A DNA stretch of 61,632 nt, counting the filler, from Dugesia japonica (lineage: Eukaryota): the NCBI GenBank assembly GCA_001938525.1. It is 6 parts of 6 records of this genome, joined end to end, with 100 filler letters (N's around TTAATTAATTAA, not from the genome) between each part and the next. Parts side by side here need not be neighbours in the genome. Positions count along the whole stretch, not along the records: positions 8,456 to 19,504 come from MQRL01633701.1; positions 19,605 to 29,679 come from MQRL01628728.1; 4 more parts are not named here. One strand, given 5' to 3'. Every line of letters begins with the position of its first letter. The stretch's first letter is position 1. Below are positions 14,786 to 28,600 of this stretch, piece after piece. The notes beneath the pieces were generated by a model. That model saw only the letters and a list, made by a program, of their open reading frames with translations, did no database searches and was not told the origin of the DNA. A program made the translations under genes and the position numbers.

Positions 14786-14950
14786 AGTAGCGCACGGTCA
14801 CAACATGCATAGCACTGAAGCAAACTTTTCGCGAATAAATGCAATATCAATTTGCATAACTTGTCTAATTGAAATAAATCGTTACATAGTTCTAGTAAGT
14901 AGACGTAGTTCATTAGATCGCAGAGAATTATTAGTCGCTTTTAAGCTACT
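14786..14950 (+). repeat. Possible orphan LTR with AGT...ACT termini
   Basis: Preceded by purine tract AAAAGTAGGGGGA; AGTAGC...GCTACT inverted termini; internal AATAAA; no partner copy in the window. Confidence 0.3.
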
Positions 14951-15504
14951 TACAAATTGCAAGTAACTAAAATAAATTTTTGTGAGGGTTCGTGTGGACT
15001 ATGTCTTNNNNNNNNNNNNNNNNNNNNNNNNNNNNNNNNNNNNNNNNNNNNNNNNNNATACCTTTGTTGCAATCATTATCATAAATAAAAACTAAATAAC
15101 AATACGTTTTATTATAGATATAAAGTATCTAGGAATAAAAATAATAATCAAATATAGTAAAGAATAATAATTTAGTGGGATATTAAATTAATAATAAAAT
15201 TTAATATTAAATTTGAGTCATATTCACTATAAAAATCCAAAAATTACTAAAAATAACTTAATTTTAAAATTAAATACTCAAAATAGAATTAGTACTAAGA
15301 AATTACTAAATATTAACTGTTAACCTCTGCTATACTTTCTGCAGTTTCTATCTATAAATATTTATTAATAAGTTATAAGTAAGTCTAGTGAAAAATTTGT
15401 TTTAATAAAATAGCAATATTAAAACAATTAATTATTTTAATTGTTTTCTTTATTTTTGTAATTTCTTCAATTATTATTAAATAAATGTTTTATGAATCCA
15501 TATT

Positions 15505-17470
15505 TTGTCGCTATTTGTTCTGACTATACCTTTTTTTATTATATATTCTGAACTTATGCCTTCGCTGATGTTCCTTATTATATTCTTTATTTTTAACATT
15601 ATCCTTCTGCCATTTGAACTCCGTATCCGTTGTCATCGTACACAGTCTTCGTGTTTTAATCTTACTTGTCATCGGCTCTTTATGCTGCATTTCACATTGT
15701 ACACAAGTTTCGCACTCCACTCTGAATAGCATGTCCGTATTGGAATCTGCTTCTCCTTTTCTGTATTAAATATCCATATCTTAACTACTTAAGTAGTTTA
15801 TCCAGTTCTAAAACTGCGCTGCTATTGGTTTCTTTGTCTTTATCATGCAGGTTATCACCTTATGCTCAGCTCGTAGGATGAATCGTCTACCGTATAGATA
15901 ATGTCGGAAACTATTACAAAATTAGAATATTGCCAATAATTCTTTCTTGGTTATGCAATATCCTTTTTCGTGCGCGTTCATTGCATGGGACGCGTACGCG
16001 ATCAGTCTTTCTTGACCGGTCTCATCCAGTTGTGATAGCACAGCCCCGATGCTGTTAAAACTTGCATCAGTGTTTAATATATAATCTTTATTTCTGTCGT
16101 GAAAACTTAGTACTGGTGTTTTTTATTAAAGCCTGTTTCAATTCTTGAAATGCCTCGTCGCATATTGATGTCCATATTAGCTTGTCTTGGTTTCTGCCAC
16201 ATTATTTTTCTAATGCTTTGGCTTTTACAGAATATCCTTTGATGAATTTCCAGTAGTAGTTGCACATACTTATAAAGCTTCTGACTTGTTTTGTACATTT
16301 TGACTCTTGAAGTTCTGTCTACTTTCTATATTTGTAGGATCTGTTCGGATACCATTTTCATCCAAAATATGTCATAAAAACTTTACCTCTTTCCACAAGA
16401 GACTGCATTTCTTGGGATTGATACGTAATCTAGCTTTTGCTACTTCTTTCAGCACAGTGTCCACTATCTTTATAGCCTTCCGCTCCAGTTCATCGTCCGA
16501 TATGACTCTTCCAAATTTTACTTCTAAAACACCAATGTGTGTCTCATTATCTTNCAATCATCTTCTTTGGAACTCAAAGCCAAATTGCTGTTGTAGCTCA
16601 ATTTCTCCTTTAATGTCTGGACACAAAAAAATGCCTGTTTTGCTATCGTATATTTAACCATTTCTCTTTTTTGTCCAATACATGTCTCAACCACCATATT
16701 TAATAGCGTTTCTAGTATCGTATTGTTAGCACATCGTAATTTTACATCTACTTTATGTATTACTATATTGCTTAGTTCCTTAAGAACTCTGTTGCTCATC
16801 ACGTTAACTTTTGCCCCTGTATCCAACAGACAATCGAATGGCTTATCTTGAATTTCCATCTTGATACTGGGCATAGCTTGCAATCTATTCTATGATATCT
16901 GTACTCCTTTCCATTCTTTAACAGTCATTATTTCCGCTTCTCGATTTTTATCCCCACTGTTTCTCTTTTAACTTCTATCTTCCCTTACATTGCCGCTTCC
17001 GGTACTAACCACGCAGCCTCCATTGCAAGTAAAACTTTCCATTGTGTTTAGTATAAGGCTCCTATCATCTTGTCTTTTCACGGAGCCCTCCCATTTGGGT
17101 GTCTATTTTCGTTGTATTCACTTCCCAATCTGTCGTTATCATCGTATTCGTATATTTCTCTGTTAGGTGATTTGTCTCTGACTGCGTCTATGATATTTCT
17201 CGCATTTTTTCGTCTTGATGTTCCGTTCTGTGTCAACCTTTTATTGTTTGACCTCTTTTTATAATCCAATTTTTCTCTATCATACTCAGTCTTTTTATCT
17301 GTTGAATCCTTCTACCTGACGTTCTACATTCATTTGTTCGATGTCCATTAAGTGTACACTTTAGACATTTTATCTTCGTGCAAAAACGTCTAATGTGTTC
17401 GGTCGATCCGCATCCGAAACATTTTCTTATCGGTGTCAATGGACAATCCTTTCTTATATGCCCCGGCTTA
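15505..17470 (-). mobile_element. Gypsy gag-pol remnant (CCHC knuckles, protease, truncated RT, RNase H)
   Basis: CFGCGSTEHIRRFC, CLKCTLNGHRTNEC, LLDTGAKVNV, RLRINPKKCSLLWKEVKFL, ILNTDASFNSIGAVLSQ, AYASHAMNAHEKGYCITKKELLA. Confidence 0.9.
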
Positions 17471-17839
17471 TTTTTGACTCAGATACGAGCACTCATTGCG
17501 AGGAATATTACAATCACTTTTAGTTACAAAAGCCCAACCTACATTAATTGAACCTTACAATTTTAAAAAATTTATGAAATATTTGATTTAGTCATCGTGA
17601 TTAGTCATGCTGTTTTTGGATTGATTCGAATTACCAACACATAGCTATACAGTTTTGTTTGTTGAAATTGTAAATATTAAAGTTGAATTTCTTTAACAAT
17701 AGCTAAATAAGATAAAATAGCTTTGACCTCCCCTCCCTTCATATCTATAGGAGAATATTGTTGTTTGTCTAATTCCAATGTTCTTGTCAACATATCATCA
17801 AATACAACTTTTTTGAAATCATCTTGTATCTCGAATTCA

Positions 17840-18670
17840 AATTAGTTTTTAATTAATTTCAATAAAATTTGTAATGAATTTTGATTAATTTGTAAGGAGT
17901 TTTGATTAACACTTTATTTAATTAATGAATTATAATGATATTTTAATTAATTAATGAATTATTTATTTATTTTATGACAATTTTAGAACAATGCTTATTG
18001 TATAATAAATGATTGTAACAAATCATCTCCATTTATATCATTAATTGAGCTATTAACTAACGCTTCTTCTTCACCGATAAAATCCTCCATAACAATATTT
18101 ACTTCATCCAATTTGAAAATCAGACCATTTTACATCTTTATTATTTTCAAACTCACTGTCAGTCATTATTTCTGTTTCATCTATCACAATATGTATATTT
18201 TCAATAACTTTCTCTTTTTTTATTTTCTTTGCTGGTCTACCATCTATTTTAATCTCTAATATTCTTTCAAATAATTTTTTCTTATTCACTTAAAATGGTG
18301 CTACATGATCCGCATGTAATTTGTAAAAATTTGAATATGCAACTATTTATACTGACCTACATACATGGCATAGATAACACTTTTTGTCATAAAGGATTGT
18401 GCACAGTATTTCTCCATAATACTATGCCAATCACTTTTATGCAATCAATACACACAATAATCCTTACACAACAAACATTGTTATAAAATTGTCATAAAAT
18501 AAATACATAATTCATTAATTAATTAAAATTTCATTACAATTCATTAATTAAATAAAGTGTTAATCAAAACTAATTATAATTCAATAAAAGTTAATGAAAA
18601 ATCCTTGCAAAGTCATCAAAATTCATTACAAATTTTATTAAAATTAATTGAAATTAATTAAAAACAAATT
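17840..18670. repeat. Foldback element: inverted arms about 17840-17993 and 18476-18670 around a coding-like insert
   Basis: Arms are reverse complements, e.g. gttttgattaacactttatttaattaatgaatt vs aattcattaattaaataaagtgttaatcaaaac. Confidence 0.8.
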
Positions 18671-21664
18671 AAATTTAACGGTTAACATCAGCAACAGGAA
18701 TCGTAGCATCATTTTTTCATATTTTAAATTTTTTATTTTATTCATTTTCTACAGATAAAAGTCATAAAACGTAATTACTTTGTTTATAGGACTTTAAGAG
18801 TAACTTTTAGCATTTTCTTGTTTGTTTATAATAAATGATGACAACATTTTGAAAATATACACCTTTTATATGTATGTGTGCGTATGTTTTCTAACACTTT
18901 TATCTATTTTGTGTATGTATGTATATTTCTTCTACCCCTTTACCTATGTACATGTGTATTTTTTAACATTTATCTATTTACGTGTGTGTATTACGTAATC
19001 GTGATGTAAATCTTGTTATTTTACAATATCCGAATAAATGTGTAACTATTATGTAACTGCGACGTTATCATATATGATGAAGTACTCATATGTTCATACT
19101 ATTGATCACACATTGATCAGATAATATAGTTTAAAAATTTAAAGACAAATGTATACCTTTTTAGGCTACTATATATTATTGCGTTAGCAAAATGGGTGTG
19201 ACCTAATTCACAAGTATCTATAAATCGATTTATTTAATCACGAATAAGGTTTGGTGATTTTTAACTATAATATTCTTAATCAGCATAAAATCATGTGTCG
19301 AATGGATACTCTGATGGTCAAATTTGAGAAGAAAAATTCTATATCAAAACTCAAAATTTCCTGTTGNGATTTTCGAAAACTAGACATTCGTAAATTCGAA
19401 AAGTCAAAATTCCCAATTTTTAAAAGTTTTTCAAAGCTTTTTGAAAAACGTCTGCGAATAAACTTTTTTTTTGGCGTGGGATGGCCCGATAAAAAAGTAT
19501 TCATNNNNNNNNNNNNNNNNNNNNNNNNNNNNNNNNNNNNNNNNNNNNTTAATTAATTAANNNNNNNNNNNNNNNNNNNNNNNNNNNNNNNNNNNNNNNN
19601 NNNNAATTCATAAGCATTGTATTAGCATAAAGAAATTTTGAACAACGAAAAGTATTTATTAGTATACATGTTGATTTAAAAATTTTTTATTGTTATATTT
19701 ATCAAATTATGAAAAGAATTTTAACGTAAAATTCTTTAAATAATTGCCAAAATAAATATCAAGAATTTTTTCAAAAAGTAGAATTGAGAAAAGGAGAAGT
19801 TTTAAAAAGTTATGCTTTGTCTCTATTTGTATAGAATATTAATTTTGTAATAAATGTCCTGGAATAATGACTTCATGTCAAAGTTTTATAGTAAAGTTGC
19901 TTATCATATAATGATAACCTTTAAATATTATTAATATTAAAATTTAAGTTCATGTCATATTCATTTTAAATGCATTATTATTATTCATTAGTATTCCGTT
20001 TTTATTATGACAATTAACACATTTCAACCAATGAGATTTAAATTTTCTAATTATAGTTTCATAAATGATCTTAATCTATGGTACTGATAAACTTGGAGAC
20101 GATGCTTGATGTTTGACAACATCTTTCTGGTCGAGGAAATGCCTTAAATACTCAAAAGAAATGATAATCTCTGAAAGCATGGTCTGATAAATACAGTGGA
20201 TGTGGCATGGTTAAAACTTTCAGTTCTTTTGGCTTTTGCAAGGTTATGTTTGAAATATGTAGAAGGTCATTATCATGTAGCAAGATAATACTTTTTTTTA
20301 TTGACAACTGCAAATTGCTTTAAACGTCATGCCTGGTGAATCAAATGCAAATTTAGTGCAGTATTTGTTTGCTGTGCTAGTTTCATTTTGTTTTGGAAAG
20401 AAAAGAGGTAAACTACCAAACAGTAAGAATTGTCTTTATCGGGTACAAATCATAATTGGGTAGAACGTTGACAATTATTATTATTGCGAATCAGTAACGA
20501 ATTGCAAATGTTAAAATGATGAAATTTGTCGTATTTTTCCAGAAAATATAAGACCATTTTTATTGCCTATAAAAGGTTTACAAGTAGACTTTTAGAATAT
20601 TTAATTTTTAGTGTAATATAATAGCATTGAAATGGAAAATTTATTTGTACTTTTATTGGATTGACATATAAGTAATGGCAGAATTTTGTCTAAATTTTTT
20701 CTAGAATCATTTTTTTAATGAAGCCAGGCAATAATATAAGACAAGTTCACGTAAAAGTTATATGATGTATATGATGATAAAAATGGAAGGAAAGATTGTT
20801 TAAAAATTGGTATTCGAAATTCATTTCTGGTTACTTTCCAATGTATGATAAACAATATATAAGTGCCCATTTGACGCTTATGGGGAATAAAGAAATGATA
20901 GAATCGGTTAGATATGTCAAAACGCGTTACAAAACTTGAATACCATGTTTTCCGAAAAATAAAAATAAACACTATCATCATAATTAAAAATGGTTTTGAT
21001 ATAAATCATATTTTGAAAATAAACCTTTAGACAAAATTAACACCGCGCGCCAATAGGTTTGTGTTCGATAACATCATTTTTAATGAATAGTTTTTTAGTT
21101 TGAGACATCCAATCACCAATCAAATCGAGATGCCATTAAATTTACAAACAACCAGAAGACTTTGTTTTTGTCTATTAAACTTTTTCCGCAAAACTGTAAA
21201 ACCTTCCTTAAAATAAGCCTTATTCCATTTTCCAATTGCAAAGTTAATGTAAGACCGAATTTCATTTTTGGGGAAACACGATTCTATAAGGAAATTAACA
21301 TACCACAACGTATTAGTATGTACAATTTACTCATGATTCTTTCTGCAACTTATGTTAATTTATTGAGATGAAAAATGAATTTTTAATATAATGTCTATCG
21401 AATATAATAATGGTGAATCATCAGATATGAAATACAAAAGCCGACAATCATTAAAACGTTTATTAAAATGTATTGTTACACAACCAAACGATAAATTCAG
21501 TGATTCACATTTAACGATATTAAAGTTGATTGAATGTAAAAGCATCAACAATCTAAGAAAAGTAACCAGAATTGACGAATCAAATATATGTCATCTTAAA
21601 CATTAATAACGCAAGGGTACACACAATTTTGGTACTCGTCAATAATTATTAGAACTATAAAAGA

Positions 21665-21850
21665 ATTTTGAGTTACATTCACCATATAGTCCAGAAATGA
21701 CAAAATCAGATTATTATTTGTTTGATCGTTGTAAAATTATTTGTATAGTAAATAATTCATATATGATGGTTCAGCTTTTTGATGGTAAAGGTTTTATGTA
21801 AATGGAAGTATTATACTTCCTGAAAGATGACAAAAACCATGAATAAAATG
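21665..21850 (+). mobile_element. mariner transposase C-terminal remnant
   Basis: LHSPYSPEMTKSDYYLF matches mariner HPPYSPDLAPSDY(Y/H)LF; downstream FYVNG...LPER*QK. Confidence 0.8.
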
Positions 21851-22639
21851 TAATACTTAAAAAAATTTCTTTCTTCTAATATAAGATTTATTATCTTTCA
21901 TTTATTTAAAATTCTCACAATAAGGTACTTAAAAGGTATTCAAAAATTTTAATTCAAATTCNNNNNNNNNNNNNNNNNNNNNNNNNNNNNNNNNNNNNNN
22001 NNNNNNNNNNNNNNNNNNNNNNNNNNNNNNNNNNNNNNNNNNNNNNNNNNNNNNNNNNNNNNNNNNNNNNNNNNNNNNNNNNNNNNNNNNNNNNNNNNNN
22101 NNNNNNNNNNNNNNNNNNNNNNNNNNNNNNNNNNNNNNNNNNNNNNNNNNNNNNNNNNNNNNNNNTTTTAATTTTTGTAATAAATATTTTCCATGAATTT
22201 ACTCTTTATTAGACAAACTTTAAGTAAAGCTTTATAAAGCATTTCTTATTGCTGTAAAACCAGGAGTATGAAATGCAACTTTACATGCAAAAAAACAACA
22301 CTGTCCAGTTGCAAATAATACGATGCGCAGATATTACGACTAAAAAACCGTTTAATTTAAAGATAAAGTTGTTTATTTACTTCAATGTTTTTCAATGTCA
22401 CATTATTTAAAACAATCACAATTTTCATCATCAATAACAGTGAAATTGTCTAGTAATTTTGACAAGTTCATGAACATATGTAATGCTTGGACCAGACTCA
22501 TCCATTGCCATTTAACTTTCTTCAATTTCAAGAACAAGTTATTTTTACAGAAACAAACAAGAAAGTCATTCAAAATGATTAAAAGGTTAATCGCTTTTTG
22601 AAAATAACATACCGATCAGTAAAATTTGTATTTTTTTTA

Positions 22640-23250
22640 CTTAATATATTTGATATTCTCATAGTCTTTTATCATCCAGTCCTTCCACTTCTTGCGCAAT
22701 TTACACTCGATGCGAAAGGTTAACAGTAAAGTCCAACGGCTGCACCTCTATTGTCAATCTAACTAGTATTATAGCTACTTTGTAATCTTTCTTAATTTTA
22801 TCAAGTGTAGTATTATCGATATTTGAGAGATTCCCGTAAACATAAGCAATTATGGTATCAGTGGATCCTGGTTCCATGATGTCGTTGGAAGCAATGTAAT
22901 TAAACTGTTTTATATTTAAATGATATCTTAAGTTATTTGTGATTCATCCAATTTGATTTATTAACTGTAATGACAAGTTTTAATTCAGAAGTATGAGTTT
23001 TTGGAAGAGTCTTTTTGTTACAAATAACAAAAAGAATACATTTAGCGCCATCCTTGAGAACACATGGATTAACAGTGTCCTGCANTTTTAATTATAACCT
23101 TAGTGGCACCTTTAGTGTCAACTCTATATTCTAAAGACATACTACATTGAAAGGACACTTCACCAAGTTTTACATTTATATTGTTGAGAAAATCCTTCTT
23201 CAGATCAGTGATAGTGCCTCTTAACTTGGCCACTTGAAATTCTCGATTTT
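22640..23250 (-). mobile_element. pogo/Tc2-like DDE transposase remnant
   Basis: YRVDTKGATKVIIKxAGH (cf. YTVDTKGAKTVLIKTTGHEK), NWMN, VQPLDFTVN, LRKKWKDWM. Confidence 0.65.
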
Positions 23251-23264
23251 TATGTAGTTGTTGC

Positions 23265-23570
23265 TTTGTAATAGGCTGCTGAACATCAATAAGAGAATTA
23301 TCAAACCAAGAGGAAGTAGTGAGAATAAACAATACTACGTGACGTGGCATGAATATAAAAACCTACTTAAATATTTACATTTCAATTCTTCATTAATGGA
23401 TAAAACTAATAATTTCTATATAGCTTTACCAAATGATATATGTATACTTATTCATTCTGAAAATAGAGCTGGTAAATTTATTGTCAAGTTTCAAATTCCA
23501 ATTTACGTTAAAGGAAAATGGGAAATAGCCATGTAAGATTTCACTTTTGTTTATTCTGATTCTCCGTTTT
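23265..23570 (+). mobile_element. Polinton/Maverick remnant: integrase C-terminal chromo-like segment followed by minor capsid (penton) N-terminus
   Basis: IIKPRGSSENKQYYVTW then NFYIALPND...ENRAGKFIVKFQIPIYVKGKWEIAM*DF, resembling the Maverick penton FYITLPSN...N..SNF...LP..I.L.GEWEVGL. Confidence 0.65.
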
Positions 23571-25474
23571 ATTATAAATAAAAGATTAAATATGAAATAA
23601 ATTTAGATAAATCAAACAAAATATTAATTACTGTTAATAATAAAATTAAATAAGAATATAAACTTTCATCAATGTGTTTTTGACATGTGATTTTATTGAA
23701 AACGCAAAACGATTTACAAGAATGAATATAACCAATAAAAATTGGTAAATCTTATTATAAGGTATTTGAAAAATGTTTTTCTGAACTATACGTATTTAAC
23801 ACGCCGCGATAATCAAAGCCATCTTGCAAGCTAGCAAATTCTCCCCAGGTTTAATCATGTCCTGGTTCGGCCAGCGTAAAGCTATCAAACAAAACAAAAA
23901 GAGAAGAAATAAGAAGAAGACGCAAGGAAATGGAGGGACAGTTTGGAAACCCTAATTAAAGATGAATTAATGAAATTATTTTTNNNNNNNNNNNNNNNNN
24001 NNNNNNNNNNNNNNNNNNNNNNNNNNNNNNNNNNNNNNNNNNAGGATTTTAATGTTAAAAGTTTTTATTTGATAAAACCTTCGCCAAAACACATGAATAT
24101 TTGTGAAATGAGGTTCGAAGGTGTTAAAAATCGGAAATGATAAACAATAATCAATACTAATCTGAATATCCCAAGTTCGAGTCCTGGTGTGGTAGCCATA
24201 TCAGTTAAATTGAAAACTTCACAATGATCCATAATTTTATTCTCTATCACACCTGTTTTATTAAAGTTAAAAAGATTTAAGAATAATAAAACCAAATAAC
24301 CTAAATCTGAGAATATGAAATTTAAATTTAAAACTATCGATTTTTTTTAAAACAAAAAAAATACACATACGATATTTTTTAGTAATTTTTCAAATAATAT
24401 TTTACTAATTTTAAAAATTATTATTTTTATTATTATATTTTCTTCTATAATTTGAAAGATATTTTTATTCAAAATAAGTTTTTTACAATACAATATATAA
24501 AAATAATTTTAACCAAATTAATTTTTCAAAAAATCTTTTGACAAAAAATGTCTACTATTTAAAAATCTCTAATATACTTTTTTTAAATAAATAATTAATA
24601 ACCATTTTTTAAAATATTTCTTTGCTATCAATTTCGACGGAATAACGGTCATTGTCAGACAATTAAACAATATTAAAACAAACTTTTTACAAAATTCAAA
24701 TGATTATATAATTTCAATTGTGCAATCTCAATAAAAAATTTCAATAAAATAATTTTAAGAGCGATGTTNNNNNNNNNNNNNNNNNNNNNNNNNNNNNNNN
24801 NNNNNNNNNNNNNNNNNNNNNNNNNNNNNNNNNNNNNNNNNNNNNNNNNNNNNNNNNNNNNNNNNNNNNNNNNNNNNNNNNNNNNNNNNNNNNNNNNNNN
24901 NNNNNNNNNNNNNNNNNNNNNNNNNNNNNNNNNNNNNNNNNNNNNNNNNNNNNNNNNNNNNNNNNNNNNNNNNNNNNNNNNNNNNNNNNNNNNNNNNNNN
25001 NGCGTTACACCCATTACATTTAAATTGATAGACCAGATCAAAATATTCTAAATAATTTTTAAAAATATTTCAAGAAATCGTTTTAATATAATACTATATA
25101 ACCTATACTAAATTATTTAAATCAAAAATTTTTCCCAGATATGCATCATTTATGAATTACTCTTACAATGGTAATAATATTAAAGCTATAATTATTGATA
25201 ATGTTAATGTAATTCTATTGAAACTGATATGCATAAAAAAGTATAAGATAAAAATGTACAAATAATTTTTGATAATCTTACAAAACAAATGACTTGTCGT
25301 TTATGACTAATTTCTTTCATAATACTGCAGTAACCAGAAGGTGAAGAGTTACCTTGTTTTTGTAAGAAAAATAGTTTGGATCTGATTGTTTGCTAACGAT
25401 AGTTAAATTGTCTCTGCCCTTTTCTAAAACGTATTGGTTAAATTGGTGTGAAAACAGCATACTAACAGTAAAAT

Positions 25475-25892
25475 CAATGCTAGATGTGAATTTCTACTCT
25501 TTATTTGATCTTAAAAAATATTTTTTTTACTTTCTATACGCAATTTAATGTAAACAATGGATTTTTTTGTTATTTTTGTTTAAACCGTTGCACTCTGAGC
25601 AACATGAAATTATTAATATTATTATTTCTAATGTTTTTTTACAGGTGTGAATTTTCACAAATAATATTTTTTTTATTGAAGTGTAAAATTTCAAACATTA
25701 TTTTATATTAAAATGCTTTTATAAATGTGAATTTCAGACAGTAATAAAAAACGAATATTTTGTTTATTGACATGGAATTTTTTTCACACCATGAGTTTTC
25801 AAAACTAAAGTGTGAACTTTTGCACTCTAAAATGTTCACACAATAATTAGAAATTTTACACTTCAAACGTAACGTTTAACACATTAATTGTC
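25475..25892. repeat. Left arm of a long inverted-repeat pair (partner 29147-29628)
   Basis: caatgctagatgtgaatttcta...acacaataat is the reverse complement of attattgtgtgaac...tagaaattcacatctagcattg. Confidence 0.85.
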
Positions 25893-25919
25893 AATTATTA
25901 CTTTAAATTACTATTTTAA

Positions 25920-25941
25920 TATTACAAGTATTATTATTATG

Positions 25942-26002
<61 letters not shown>

Positions 26003-26163
26003 NNNNNNNNNNNNNNNNNNNNNNNNNNNNNNNNNNNNNNNNNNNNNNNNNNNNNNNNNNNNNNNNNNNNNNNNNNNNNNNNNNNNNNNNNNNNNNNNNN
26101 NNNNNNNNNNNNNNNNNNNNNNNNNNNNNNNNNNNNNNNNNNNNNATTATTATTACTATTATT
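25920..26163. repeat. (ATT)n microsatellite spanning a gap
   Basis: Directly visible. Confidence 0.9.
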
Positions 26164-26659
26164 GTGAGTGATTTTTGTGCTTTGATTGCGAATTATTTTT
26201 TTAAAATTTTTTATTTAAAAATTGGAAGTCACAAATTATTCAGGATATTAAAATAAATTAAATTAAAGTTTTGGTACGAAAAATATGTGCAGTTAAAGAT
26301 TAATCCAAATATTTCTTATACTCAAATATTTTAATTTTCAAATTTTTAAAATTAAAAAAAAGTATTGCGAATAAGGTTTTGTTTCAGAATTTTTAAAAAA
26401 TAAAAATTAAATATTTAAGTCATGAATAATGTTTTATTTTAAAATTTTGTGAAAGTTTCAAATGAAATTTCGATAACAGATAATTATTTTCTTAAATTTT
26501 CAAAGTATTTTAAATAAAGTTTTTATTTAAAATTTTAAATTTATTAGAGAATAATTTCCAATCGAAGCATAGGTTTTAATTTTTTTTTAACAAATAATGA
26601 TGTTATAGCTCTTATTTTGAAAAAAATTTAATGGAGTTGAATTTGATGTTGATAATTCG

Positions 26660-27540
26660 ATGAGTTCTCAAAACTCATCTTACATGGTGGCAGGGAGGTT
26701 ATTGCCAAAAATATTTTGCAGAGGCGATGATCTAGAGAAGTTTATTAAACGGTTCGAAATATATTTTGAGGCAAAGAACATCGTTGGTAAGAAAGAACAG
26801 GAGCGTTTGATAACATGTATGCTAGAGGAAGATTTAATGAAAACATATGTAAAACCATTGAAGAAACCGGATGGATATCGAGACAGATTGCGATAAGCCT
26901 TTGAGAGTAAGAGAGACATAATTAAAGATTTCCAGAATCGTGTAAGCTATCGATATGGTGATGAAGAAGTTGCTTTTTAAAAAAGTGGAAGATTTGGTCN
27001 ATAAGTCTCTAGCAAATGGAGNTCTGGCGAAAGAAAAACCTTTATCAAAAATGATAATAATTTGTACAAATAGTAAAAAAACAGAAGAAAATATTATCAT
27101 GCAAAAATTGGAGAAAGTAGAAGATATAAAAGAAACGTTATCATTAGTTAAAAATATAGAAAGAAGAGAACCTATTAACGTATAAACTGTTACGCTAGTG
27201 TAACACGCGGAGAACGTTTTGGAGACAGGAGACAAAATATCGAGAGAGTTACAAAAAGAACAGAACTACAGTGTTGGACATGCCAGAGTTATTGGCATAC
27301 AAAAAGAGAATTTCCAAAAAATCTCATGTGGAATGTTGGACTTGTCACAAAAAAGGGCATTTAATTAGAAATTGTCCAGACAAGAAACCACCAAAGTGTT
27401 TTGGGTGTGGTAAGATTGTTCGTATCAGAAGGATGTGCACAGAAATTAATATGTGGTACATGTAAAAAACCAGGTCACAGAGCAGAAGAATGTTATTCGA
27501 ACGTTAATAAACCTAGACTAGAAGAGAGAAGATACAATTT
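26660..27540 (+). mobile_element. Gypsy gag remnant with four CCHC-type knuckles
   Basis: PKIFCRGDDLEKFIKRFEIYF; CWTCQSYWH, CWTCHKKGHLIRNC, CFGCGK..., CGTCKKPGHRAEEC; resembles the gag at 17233-17470. Confidence 0.8.
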
Positions 27541-27574
27541 GTAAACAGTCATCATGTTAAGGCAGATGAAAATG

Positions 27575-28600
27575 CATAACTTCTTTATATTGATGTTATT
27601 AATCTATTTGGTTGGGCATTAACACTTCCTTTACCATATAGAGAATTTGTGATTAGATTAAGGAAACATATAAAAAATAATAATGAGAACGATATTGGAT
27701 ATTTGTTGAAAATTGATCTTGAAATACCTATTAAACGTCATTATAGGTTAGATCCATTAATATTTGCTTCGGAACATAAATATTCACCCGGTTCAAGAAT
27801 GTAAAATCTGTTGATGACACATAATCCGAAACGTCATTTTGTTATTTATTGGAGACTTTTGAGGGGCCCATGTAACAACTGTACACAGAATTGTAAATTT
27901 CAAAGAGATTAAAACATTCACCAATTATATTTATGCTAATTCAGCAAGAAAAGCGGTATCCAGGACAAAATTTGAAAAACATTTTTTTAAATTGTTAAAC
28001 AATGCCCTCTATGAAAAGACGGTGGAGAATTTTAAAAAGCGGATGAATCTCCGGCTGTGTAACAACGGGAAGACGTTTGTTACTTATACTAGCAAGGTTG
28101 CATTATAGAAGACGTTGGATATCAAAGACGGGTTGAAAGGAATCTTGTCTGGATTTTCCACGCTATATTGGTCAGGTGGTGCTGGAGTAAATTAAGGATG
28201 TCCCAGCTCTAATATGAAGAGTAGAAGAGTATCGCCAGCGTTTTAAGTGTTTAATTGATATTACAGATAGCTTTTTCCTTTCATGTACAGGAGTAGACAA
28301 AACTCGGCTTTTATCAGAAATGGAATTGGATGGTCTGCTGGATACAAGTAATTAATCAAAAGATCCTCCGATCTACTCTAATAAAGTAGCCAATAAGATC
28401 AGACTTTTCAAAGATAAAGGACAATGAGAAGATTATACTGAGTGGATATTTTTACGGCTGAAAACCAGTTTCATGTCAATAAATCGTCATATTTTTACAG
28501 TGGAAAGCAAAAAATGCGCTTTGTCATGTCTGGATGATAAGCGCTATTAGACCGAGAAAAATAAGAGAGTGGCCTATGGTCATTATACAATTATTAATTA
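27575..28600 (+). mobile_element. Polinton/adintovirus-type protein-primed PolB pseudogene
   Basis: LLYIDVINLFGWAL.LPLP (motif A), FFKLLNNALYEKTVEN..KR (motif B), ITDSFF (motif C), DTSN...FKD, ALSCLDDKR. Confidence 0.85.

Noticed and set aside
24673-26256. ORFs composed of X or poly-Ile
   Set aside because: Artefacts of N gaps and (ATT)n microsatellites.
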